In this document: positions 1 through 8,337 of the stretch, piece after piece
Numbering within the stretch: the stretch's first letter is position 1
Layout: each line of letters opens with the position of its first letter
Assembly: GCF_000143415.4 (NCBI RefSeq)
Contig: NW_003314325.1
Coordinates: forward strand, 1,135,317 to 1,143,871
Direction: 5' to 3'
DNA from: Selaginella moellendorffii
Lineage: Eukaryota; Plantae; Lycopodiophyta
Length of the DNA: 8,555 nucleotides
Notes under the pieces: generated by a model
Databases searched by the model: none
Told to the model about the DNA's origin: nothing
What the model saw: the letters and a program-made list of their open reading frames with translations, nothing else
Made by a program: the position numbers and the translations under genes

Positions 1-114
1 TAGATGCCGGTTAAGGCCAACCCGCCAAGTGGGGGTTAAATTTTGCTTTGGGTGGGTGGGCCAAGCCTGATTTTCCCCCCTATCCCTTTTATACATTGGG
101 AAAATTTCAAAAGG

Positions 115-136
115 CCCCCCCCCCCCCCCCCCCCCC
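115..136. repeat. Poly(C) homopolymer, 22 nt
   Basis: Directly visible run of 22 C. Confidence 0.95.
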
Positions 137-359
137 TTGAAGAATATACGCTTTGGGCTTTCACCCCAAGCCTCCCTTAGTACCAGGAGTTAATCTCTGG
201 GACAAGCTCAAAACTTATTAAATATGAAATGTTTTTAGATTGCGAATTTGGACATGGGACGAACACTATTGTGTTCAGGACAATCTCTATATTCTGTAGA
301 TATGCCAAATAAGCAAATTTAGACACTTTCCATAAATAGCATTTAGGACCGAAATGAGA

Positions 360-800
360 CTAACACAAAGGGCATGATAGCGAGGGTGTTTGGCAAACAC
401 GATAAACTATCATTTAGCGAATATTGGCACCAAATTCAATATTGCAAGGGTTCCTAACACTAGCAAGTGCAAGTCAATGAATAAGTTTCTCTAACCAGGT
501 CAAGTATGCTTGATTAATAGCACTTAGGAATTCCGTCCTTATTCTCATCTAGTTAAGTGCACACGTGAAGATTAATTTCTCAATTAGCTTAGGTGGAGAC
601 TTGATAACGGGTCTAGCAATACCGACCTCCTGCCATCGTGGTAGTAAGGAAAGAATATCTGAAAGGACTAGCCGACAAGTAACTTTCGATACCCAAAGTC
701 ACATTCGCGACAAAAATGTCGTGAAAGTAGACTTATAGAGCTAATAGGGTGGAAACCCCAAATGTCTAAAGGGATAAAGCCTTGAAGTTAAGTTGGCTAG
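360..800 (-). pseudogene. LINE A RNase H-like domain remnant 2 (putative second copy)
   Basis: QLNFKA (795-778) resembles KLNFDG/A. Minus-strand GACGGAATTCCTAAGTGCTATTAAT (537-513) resembles frameshifted EGDSLxVIN, followed by TWLEKLIH resembling PWxIxxLI. RVCQT..HAL (401-364) resembles HVxRxxNxxAHxLA. Matches need frameshifts, so confidence is moderate. Confidence 0.5.
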
Positions 801-1279
801 TTTATGAGATTATGCTAAAGGAATTCTAATGGAAATAAGATTGGTATAGTCTAAGTTGGAAGGTATGCAATTCAAGTGTGTGGATCCAAATAATGATAAG
901 GGTGTGAAAGCACTAGCAATGAGTTGTAAGATTTGACAACTATGAGGCAACTAAGCAAAATATATAGCATAATTAATTAGATTGGTAGAGGTTAATTTCC
1001 CAAGACTTTTTATTGGGATAAAAAGGTTAGATATATCCCACAGGGGGATAAATTACTTATATTGTAATATAGTAAAGGGAAATATTTATTATTAAAGAAG
1101 GCTATCATTAGGACACTTAAACACTTTGAAACACTAGAAAGTAGTGTTTGATATCATGAGGGTATTAAATAAGGCTCAAGAGACTAAATCGTTAGTGAAT
1201 AATGGATAGGAGATGCTATCCAATATCCAAGGTTGCGGAGATGGGAGAAGTCTGTCTATCTGAATTGGGCAAAGTTAAA

Positions 1280-1660
1280 AGGGATTTTAGCAAGGCTAGT
1301 GATGGGTATATAAAGGCGCATAAATAGCAATATTAATCCTGGTGTATGGGATTACAAGGTGAGCATATCCAAATTGAGGAACCACTCTCTAGACTATCAG
1401 GTAAGTTCATCCTTAAGAATACTTGCTAAAGCATGGTAGAAACTACAAAGTTATCCTTCTAACCTAGAAGAGAATAACTAAAGGAAATGTGTGAGAAAGA
1501 GATACGACCAAACAATAGTAATCAAAAGGCATAACTGAGAGTGATTGATACAAGTTGCAAGTGGAAAATCAAGTGGGTGTTTAAAGGGTGTCATTTTTGG
1601 CAATCGTGATGCCATGGAAAGTCTAGAGTATAGAATTATCCATATTAAACCATATGGATT
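1280..1660 (-). pseudogene. LINE A RNase H-like (RVT_3-type) domain remnant 1
   Basis: IWFNMDNS (1655-1632) resembles IKxNxDGS. LEG* (1462-1451) followed by ..YHAL resembles xEGDSxxVxxAL. SLAK (1297-1286) resembles AHxLAK. Spacing (about 62 and 55 codons) and position directly after zf-RVT fit plant L1 RNase H. Confidence 0.6.
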
Positions 1661-1834
1661 NNNNNNNNNNNNNNNNNNNNNNNNNNNNNNNNNNNNNNNN
1701 NNNNNNNNNNNNNNNNNNNNNNNNNNNNNNNNNNNNNNNNNNNNNNNNNNNNNNNNNNNNNNNNNNNNNNNNNNNNNNNNNNNNNNNNNNNNNNNNNNNN
1801 NNNNNNNNNNNNNNNNNNNNNNNNNNNNNNNNNN
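1661..1834. other. Assembly gap (174 N)
   Basis: Run of N. It falls between the zf-RVT-distal motif and the first RNase H motif of LINE A, and both flanks read as the same element in the same orientation. Confidence 1.
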
Positions 1835-3760
1835 CTGAATTGGCAATTGTTTTTAAGACAATTCTAGATAGGTTAGCACCTAGAAAGACAAGTGTAAATG
1901 GTTCATAAAACGTGTGAAATCAAAGTGGCATAACAGAAGTGTGGTCTTAAAGCTTGCCATGAGGCAAGGCTATCAAGGTTGAGGAAGTAGTTCCTAAGTG
2001 TTCAAAGAAATGGCTTTGAACAAAAGTCAATAGTTAAAGACTTTCACATTTATGTATGAAACTATGTTATATTGGTTGCATGACTTGTTAAGCAAGATTG
2101 ACAAGTCGGGGGAACAAAGACTTTAGTTGAAAGTGTTGACTTAAAAAAAGGGTGGCCCATGGGGCCAAGCATGGAGGAGACCATACATGATCACAAACAT
2201 GTTAAGTGAGAGGATTTGGTAGTTTGGAGGAATTAAGTTTCTAAGTTATGATCCGTACTGTGCTTTAGGTATAAATTGCACTAGCGTAGGGAGTCACACT
2301 AAACATCCTAAGTGATATCACCCATAGATGCATATATAGAAGTTGGGTTCGAATCCCAACTCTCTAGTGCTTGGGTCTGAGTCCCAACTCACTAAAGTGT
2401 GGTGATAGTTTAGAATATGAGGATATTTATTTTTTAGTGGTTATGGACTCTCAGTAAGGAGATTGGTTTGGGCACACTGTTAACTGAGGGATGCCTTGAA
2501 GTCGTGATGTACAATTAAACTACTTAATGTGAAAGCTTGAGATATCTAACTTGAACACTTTGGTATAATTGGCACCAAAGACATGATGAATAAGATAGGG
2601 ACATATAATCTCAGTTGCTATAGACCCAACACTGCCGATGCCCTTAGACTCATGGTCAACAACTTAAAGGTTTGGAAGACCTAATACCTATTGGCCAACC
2701 TGTTAAAGTATTAGATTAGATCACTAGGTGATTTTACAGCTAAACAAGGATAAGGTCTTTGTGAGGTTAAGAAATAAGATTCATAGTTTATAGTGTTAAT
2801 TTGAACTATTAGTAATGGTGTGGCTTGGTCAATGTGACAAAGCGGGAAAATAGTATTGTGAGTTCAAGAAAATAATCTCTAAAAAAGGACCTATAGATAG
2901 GTCATAAGGTTGGGCCATGGATTCTATAGCAGAAAATATTATAAAGACTAGGGGTGAACACCCCTTGGACTTGGTATAATAAATCCTTTGGTATAAAACC
3001 AAAAGGATACCTCGAAGATGGAGGTAATGATCCTATGCTATTTGGTGCAACGATCAAAGAATAGGAACAAAAAACTAGTGGTCAAGAAAGGGCCATGGAA
3101 ATCATTAGAAAGAATCCAAATGGCAATGTTAGGTGAGGAACACACATATATTAGATGCTAACAGATTGTGAGAAAAGAATTATATTTTCAAAGATTGATT
3201 CCCAAATGCTTCGATTTGGCAAAGGTAAAAACTCCAAAAGAAATAAAGCGGTAAAGTAGCCAAATGATAGGGCCATAGATAACCCTAGCACGAATTATGG
3301 ATAAGTGGAATTTAGTGCTAAGGGTGGCATGAAATAGAAAAGAGAATGATGGTGCCCTCAAGTAAAGAACTTCTTAGGATGGAAAAATAGAATTTACACA
3401 ACATATGCAATGTGAAGTGTCAGAGATACCTAGAAAATTGACTTCAAAAAGTTAAAATTAAAAGTTCCAAAGCGTGATAGTTATGTTGATAGAAGCTGAG
3501 ACCACTTGAGAATGAGTAGTTTGATTAAGATAGAAAAGCTATCTTTAAGGGGTTTAGCGAGAACTAAACCAAATAAAGGGAGAGAACCACCATAATTGGT
3601 CTAATGAGTCTCTAAGTTGAGGAGACTATACTCCTTAGAGGAGGGGAAACAAATGGTGAGCCTTTGGTGTTGCACTATTGACAAATATTAACTTGGTGCT
3701 AAGGAAAATAGTAACCCATGATAGGGTTACTTTATAAAATTGTTTTATCATTTGATGAGG
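1835..3760 (-). pseudogene. LINE A ORF2 remnant: reverse transcriptase, thumb/connection region and zf-RVT
   Basis: RPI (3602-3594) and VLAKPLK (3564-3544) resemble RPISL..VLANRLK. LGISDTSHCICCVNS (3433-3389) resembles LGFxxxWIxWIxxCVxS. YRFI/LEFL (3253-3226) resembles YLFILxxExL. GPFLT (3094-3080) resembles GPxLTHL, with FADD itself not recognisable. TKSK (2975-2964) resembles NxxKS. YL*VL (2899-2885) resembles YLGVP. PKH*RVGIR (2375-2349) resembles PKxxGGLGIR. KAQY (2266-2255) resembles KAKY. PTCQSC (2109-2092) and L*TIY/LVFLG (1908-1878) resemble the zf-RVT CxxC and LWxIWxxRNxxVF. Confidence 0.75.
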
Positions 3761-4012
3761 ACATCAAACTTCATTTATGGGTAATGGAGTTGTAAAACAT
3801 AAATCCCTAAGCCCCAAAGTGGAGCCAAAAGGGTGCCATATGGTAGTGGCCGAAGTGGAAGCCAAACGAGCATGACACATTTAGACTAAAAACTTCAACT
3901 TGGACAATCGAGAGTGGGAGTGAAACTCCTAATGAACAAGCATGAAGCAAATAGTAAGTGAGTCTCTAGAAAAGGGATATAAGAGGATCAATACATGACA
4001 TATGGAAGTCTT

Positions 4013-4197
4013 GAGATAGAGTTTGAGAAGGAGTCCGAGATGGACCCAAGATGGAGTCTGAGATGAACACGAGATAGAGTCTGAGATGGACCTGAGATGG
4101 AGTCCGAGATGGACCCAAGATGGAGTCCAAAATGGAACCAAGATGGAGTTCGAGATGGAACCAAAATGGAGTTCAAGATGGATTTGAGATAGAGCTC
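4013..4197. repeat. Minisatellite of alternating 12-bp and 11-bp units (23-bp higher-order repeat, consensus GAGATGGAGTCC-GAGATGGACCC)
   Basis: 16 units counted by eye. 4025-4185 is exactly 7 x 23 bp with strict 12/11 alternation, plus one extra 12-mer on each side. Confidence 0.95.
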
Positions 4198-4299
4198 AAG
4201 GTCAAGGCCAAAGCAAAAACCAAGACTGAGACCAAGACTGAGAAAAAGACTAAGACCAAGACCAAGACTAAGTCCAAATCCGAGTCCAAGGCTAAGGGT
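4198..4299. repeat. Degenerate hexamer tandem repeat (AAGACC/GAGACC/AAGACT-like, 17 units)
   Basis: aaggtc aaggcc aaagca aaaacc aagact gagacc aagact gagaaa aagact aagacc aagacc aagact aagtcc aaatcc gagtcc aaggct aagggt, in register with the 23-bp array. Confidence 0.9.
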
Positions 4300-4679
4300 G
4301 AAAACCCAAAGGGTTTGTCTCCTAGACCCTGGGGGGTTTAGTGAGGTCCAAAAGTATAGTAGAGGGAAGATTCTAGTGGAGCCAATTTGGCCAGGAAAGG
4401 CCGATATGACCAAGGAAAGTTATATCCATGTGTTGGATGATAATTTATCCATTAAAGAGTCTAGGCTAAAGTGAATATAGACAGATAAGTGGGGTAGCTT
4501 AGTGAAGTGTTCAAGAGCCAGCTCTAGCTCCTCCGGGAGATCGAATGGTTGGTGCTCCCAATCCAAGTATGGGTGGCACTACCTACTTGGATATCTGGTG
4601 TGTCTCATTGGAACCTCACTCTAGCCACATGGCTAAGGCACCAAAAGAAGGTGAGGAAAGTACCCACGATGCTCGCGTA

Positions 4680-5160
4680 GGGCCACAATGTTTCAAAATG
4701 TTGTCCTAATGTCCCAAACTGTAGAAAGGAAGAGGACCAATCCTCTTGTGTAGTGACCAAGGATGCAGTCATATAGTAAAGAAGTCCCAAAGGTCAATAG
4801 GATGTAGTGGTTGGGCCTTTGGGCATTAACCTAGTGGTAGTGTTAGTGAATACAATCGAGGATGGAGAAGGACTTGGTGAGGACTGAAAAAGGGATGTTG
4901 GGGAAAGCTATTCCCCATGTCTTCGAGCATTCTAAGGGTGCTAAAATATGGTTAAGGGATGACCACTTATGAACAAATGGCCTAGTCTTTGAGAAACAGG
5001 ACTGTGATATAGATGGTCTTAAACTACTAATGTGACAAAGGTGAATGGGTATAGCTTTAGTGTAACGGGTTGATATATCAATGGTACATTTGGGTGTTAG
5101 TCATGGGATAAGACATATGGAGCAGTTGGACCAAGTGCAAAATGGCATAAATGCCATTCA
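4680..5160 (-). pseudogene. LINE A ORF1 remnant (DUF4283-like region plus degenerate zf-CCHC_4 zinc knuckle)
   Basis: GHLFISGHPLTIF*HP (4982-4935) resembles GPWxFxGxxLxLxxWxP. WGIAFPNIP (4917-4891) resembles WVRxxxLP. IDL (4798-4790) resembles VEIDL. EDWSSSFLQFGTLGQHFETLWP (4745-4680, inside supplied ORF 4605..4790) resembles YExLPxFCxxCGxLGHxxxxC with the cysteines lost. The 5' limit is a guess. Confidence 0.7.
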
Positions 5161-5186
5161 CAAGGTTAGCAAGTCCTTAAGTCCAA

Positions 5187-5343
5187 AATAAAACTTATGG
5201 AGATTATGAGTAAGACTCTTCCAAGTGGTTGAAAGTGTAGTCAAGCTTGTGCATAATGTCAATGGTGTACTTTTTTTGTCAGCCTTGAATAGAACTTATG
5301 GAGGTTGTGAATGAAACTCCTCCATAGTTGGAGGTGTGGTTAA
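5187..5343. repeat. Diverged direct repeat of about 57 bp, 101-bp offset, at the presumed 5' end of LINE A
   Basis: 5187-5244 aligns with 5288-5343: 44/56 identical, one 2-bp indel, all 12 mismatches are transitions. Confidence 0.85.
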
Positions 5344-6609
5344 TTGATTAAAGTAGAATGGAAAATTTAGTCACTTACATAAGATATTTCATGTCTTGAT
5401 GTTTAAGTTAGAGATATGCCACACTTTCCCTTACAAGTGTTTATCATCTACAAACAAATGGTTTAGTAAAATGGTTTATTTGGACTTTCAAGGGGATGAT
5501 ATAAAATATATGAACTTTCAACATTTGGATTAAAATGATTATTTACTATCTCTCTAGTATACATATGTTACAAGGGTGCAAAGTTCAATTGGTGTTTCAT
5601 TATATAAACTCTTATATTATCATGATTATATATTATCAACAGAGTTGAGTTAACATTCATGATTGTCACAAACTATTAATTTTAGGTCCTAGAATCAATA
5701 TTTGATAACCATTCTTTCATTGGTTTAAGTCGAGTTTGTTAAACACTTCAGCTTCATACAATTGGGACAACAATATAGATTACAAAATGAATGAATAAGC
5801 CATAAAAATAGGTACATTAGAATTTTATATATGGCTCTAATATGCAAAAAACCATTTAATATAACATGCAAGTGTAGCACATTTGAATTTGGAGTTGAAC
5901 TCCAAACCTATTACACTACAAAACACTCTTAATTTTCCTCCTTCAACAAGTATTGATTCCATTTCAATATAGTTTAGACCCTTATCACTATAGAGTTTCT
6001 ATAGATGATAAGTATGGATTAAGAGATAATCAAAGCTCTGGCCTCTAAAATTTGGCCTCTACGGAACTCTTTTTTAATGTAGCAAAGAATTAAGGTGGTC
6101 CTTAAGAATCTTGTAATATTTTTGGCCTAGTCTAGGAAGAGAGCTATAACAATATCAGAGTGTATATTGTGGAGTTAGGATCTCACATATGTAATCTTGG
6201 ATTAATGGAATAAAAATGTTTTAAATACAAATCTAAAAAGGAAAAGGATATCAATGTTCTTAATTTTTTGTAATTAAATTTTAATATAACTATATTTAAT
6301 CCAGATTTAATTTAAGATATTACATCTGTCTTTAATCATTAAAATATTATAAATATTTATTTTTAACTTCCTAAAGAAAACTAGAAATTATTATTTTTAG
6401 TATACTTTATCTCTCTCCCTTTAATCCAATTGAAAAGGGGGTAAAGGTTTGATAAAAAGCCCTTAGTGGCTATTTTATTCCCATTTATCCCTCAAGAGTC
6501 CATAGTGATGGTATATTTAAATCTCATCCTATAATTAAATGTGTTATATGATTATAGTTTTTTTATGAATTATTTATTTTTTAAGAAATGAAAAAACTTA
6601 AAGAAAGTT

Positions 6610-8067
6610 GACAGATCATTATAATGTTCTAAAAATGCTTATAATCTATAACAGTACCAATCCAAAATCTAACATTATAAATTTTTTATAACCAACACTA
6701 AGGGTTTAGAGAAAATGCATTACTTAGATCATAATCTGAGATCAATGTCAAACAATAGAAGAAGTCGAGGTAGTTGTTAATCATCTTCAAATGGCCTCTA
6801 CAGTAAAAAGTTGTGGAGCAAGAGCTTTGCATTGGCTTTACCATCAGTAAGGTCTAGACTTACTCCATAATTCTATTTTTGACATTGTGCATACTATTGC
6901 TTTGCAAGATATAAACAATATGATATGGACGAAAATCTAAGAGGCTAAGAAGGAAGCAATTGCAAAGGAGCGACTTCATCTAATGTGGCAGAAGTGGTCC
7001 TTAAGCATGAAAGTTGGGTAGACTGCATAAAGGCCTTTGGAACACTTAGCTTTCTGGAAAGCATCTGAGCATCAACGATTTTCAATGGTATGGTGATTAT
7101 GTTTTTAGAAAACTTCTAGGACCCAGATGATCTTAAGCTTATACGAATAAGCACTGATATTACAAAGAATTTTTTTTTACTTTAGATGAGACTATGGTTG
7201 GAATGTTGAATCATTGTTAGTTTTGAACTATTTATTATCAGCATAGAGAGTGTTATAAGTAAAATGTTTTGGTGATAACAAGAAGATACTCCATTATGTT
7301 TTTGGAGATGGGCATATGGTTCAAGATATATTTTATATTGGACCACATGATGCAATATTTTATGGTTCAAGATACATTTTATATTGGACTACATATATCA
7401 GAGAATGTCTGGTATGAAGACAAAGTATGAGCAAATAGACATTAAATACCATTTCTAATTCCTTTTTTTCTAGGTTTTCTTTTACTAGAGTACAAGCTTT
7501 GCTCTTTCAAGATTATGATCATCTTCTTCCTTTAGTTGTAAAAAGCTTGCAAGAAGTTAAAAATACAAATGGATACTTAAGTAAACACTTTCTTTCTCTA
7601 CAATGTTTTCAATCTTTTTCCCATAGGATATATTGGAGTATTCTGCCAAGAATTAAATAAATATTTATTTGCTAAGGCTCCAAAATCTGATTGGGACGAT
7701 CTGATAAAGGAGAAGGGAATTCTTATTGGCAAGGGATTTAAGTGACCTATTGGTGTTCATAAACTTAATGCAATTGTGGAATTTAACAATATAAATGAGG
7801 ATGCTTTGTCCAGTGACAAAGTTCAAATTTATTTTGGCAGTGGGATATATCTTTGGAGGCTCAAATGTTCATATGGTAGTGAAGAATCCAACTTGGGGAG
7901 AACTTCCTTGGATTGGGAAGTTTAAATATACTTCTGTTTATAAGTTTGAACAAAGCTACAAAATAAAACATGTTTTATTTATTTTATGTATCTTTTGTAT
8001 TCTTTTTCAAGTTTACTTTGTAGTAGATTATTTTTTTTATGAAATAATGAATGGTCATCCAAAAAAA
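6610..8067 (+). mobile_element. 5'-truncated decayed L1-clade LINE (LINE B): end of RT, zf-RVT region, C-terminus, 3' UTR and short poly(A); no RNase H
   Basis: Colinear + strand motifs: NPKSNI (6659-6676) resembles NxxKSxI. GFRE (6702-6713) resembles GFxEGxLP. MIWTKI*EAKKEA (6920-6958) resembles VAWxKICxPKKEG. SWVDCIKA (7012-7035) resembles SLWVxWI. FRKLLGPR (7104-7127) resembles WRKLLxLR. LWLEC* (7192-7209) resembles LWxDxW. QCFQSFSHRIYW (7601-7636) resembles FxCxFSxRIW. Then DWDDLIK (7689-7709), FGSGIYLWR (7833-7859) and DWEV* (7911-7925), a T-rich UTR and TCATCC-A7 (8055-8067). No TSD recognised. Confidence 0.8.
7315..7394. repeat. 34-bp direct repeat, two copies separated by 12 bp
   Basis: TATGGTTCAAGATATATTTTATATTGGACCACAT (7315-7348) versus TATGGTTCAAGATACATTTTATATTGGACTACAT (7361-7394): 32/34 identical. 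Confidence 0.95.
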
Positions 8068-8257
8068 TGTGAGCTTTCAAGTATACATTTGCTTGCAAGT
8101 GCAATGTATAAGTTTGGTGTTAATTGCATTCAACCTGTTGAGCTCATAGAGTGTGTGGTTTCAATCCAAGATGGAAAACGGTGTGGAGTTCAAATTTTTT
8201 AGGGTTACCAAGTAGGCTTAGGGAACATTGTTGTAATATAGCCAATATAGCCAATGT

Positions 8258-8289
8258 TCACTTGAAGAACATTGTTGTTCTTCAAGTGA
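8258..8289. repeat. Perfect 14-bp inverted repeat with 4-nt loop
   Basis: TCACTTGAAGAACA (8258-8271), loop TTGT, TGTTCTTCAAGTGA (8276-8289). Confidence 0.95.
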
Positions 8290-8337
8290 GAACTTGTGAA
8301 GCTTAATATGTCTATGTTGATCATGTTTTTTATGCAG

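Larger units (their letters stand above)
360..5350 (-). mobile_element. Decayed, internally deleted plant L1-clade LINE retrotransposon (LINE A), RNase H-bearing type; boundaries approximate
   Basis: Manual minus-strand translation gives more than a dozen degenerate L1 motifs in colinear order: ORF1 motifs (4680-4982), RT motifs (2885-3602), PK..GGLGIR-like (2349-2375), zf-RVT (1878-2109) and RNase H-like motifs (364-1655). The + strand is visibly purine-rich across this span. Many stops and frameshifts. No clear poly(A) tail or TSD found. Confidence 0.85.

Noticed and set aside
1478-1908. Three supplied ORFs spanning the N run
   Set aside because: They are open only because of the assembly gap.
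2092-2165. MGHPF...CQSC on the minus strand, resembling the Ty1/copia integrase zinc-binding motif
   Set aside because: Spacing is short, no integrase core, LTR or copia RT is visible, and all neighbouring motifs are L1-type. CQSC fits zf-RVT.
2291-2450. tRNA T-arm/B-box match GGTTCGAATCC in a 7-bp stem (2341-2361), with a 17/20 duplicate at 2371-2390 and weak flanking fold-back, suggesting a tRNA, SINE or MITE
   Set aside because: No cloverleaf, clear A box or TSD. The same bases read PKH*RVGIR on the minus strand, the expected PKxxGGLGIR motif at the right place in LINE A, followed by DSL and KAQY. A small local duplication explains the second copy.
4013-4197. CRISPR-like appearance of the regular short repeats (also the 34-bp pair at 7315-7394)
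   Set aside because: No unique spacers of suitable length, no cas genes, and a eukaryotic retrotransposon context.
3929-4413. Supplied ORFs 3929..4141, 3988..4413 and 4120..4341 (KT-rich and LG/LS-rich peptides)
   Set aside because: Translation by-products of the tandem repeat array, with no domain-like sequence.
386-7152. Scattered short hairpins with 6-9 bp arms (386-400, 1129-1149, 3710-3731, 4561-4592, 5141-5158, 7137-7152)
   Set aside because: Several stems of this size are expected by chance in 8.5 kb of AT-rich DNA, and they share no sequence or spacing. A dinucleotide-shuffle test would be needed to claim enrichment.
7136-7600. Possible ~450-bp insertion splitting LINE B, flanked by CTTAAG
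   Set aside because: No terminal inverted repeats, and the interval itself contains colinear LINE motifs (LWLEC*, YEQI), so LINE B is more simply read as continuous.
7795-8202. Supplied 135-aa ORF with a hydrophobic stretch
   Set aside because: It overlaps the LINE B C-terminus in a different frame and runs through its T-rich 3' UTR and A-tail. The hydrophobic segment comes from T-rich sequence.
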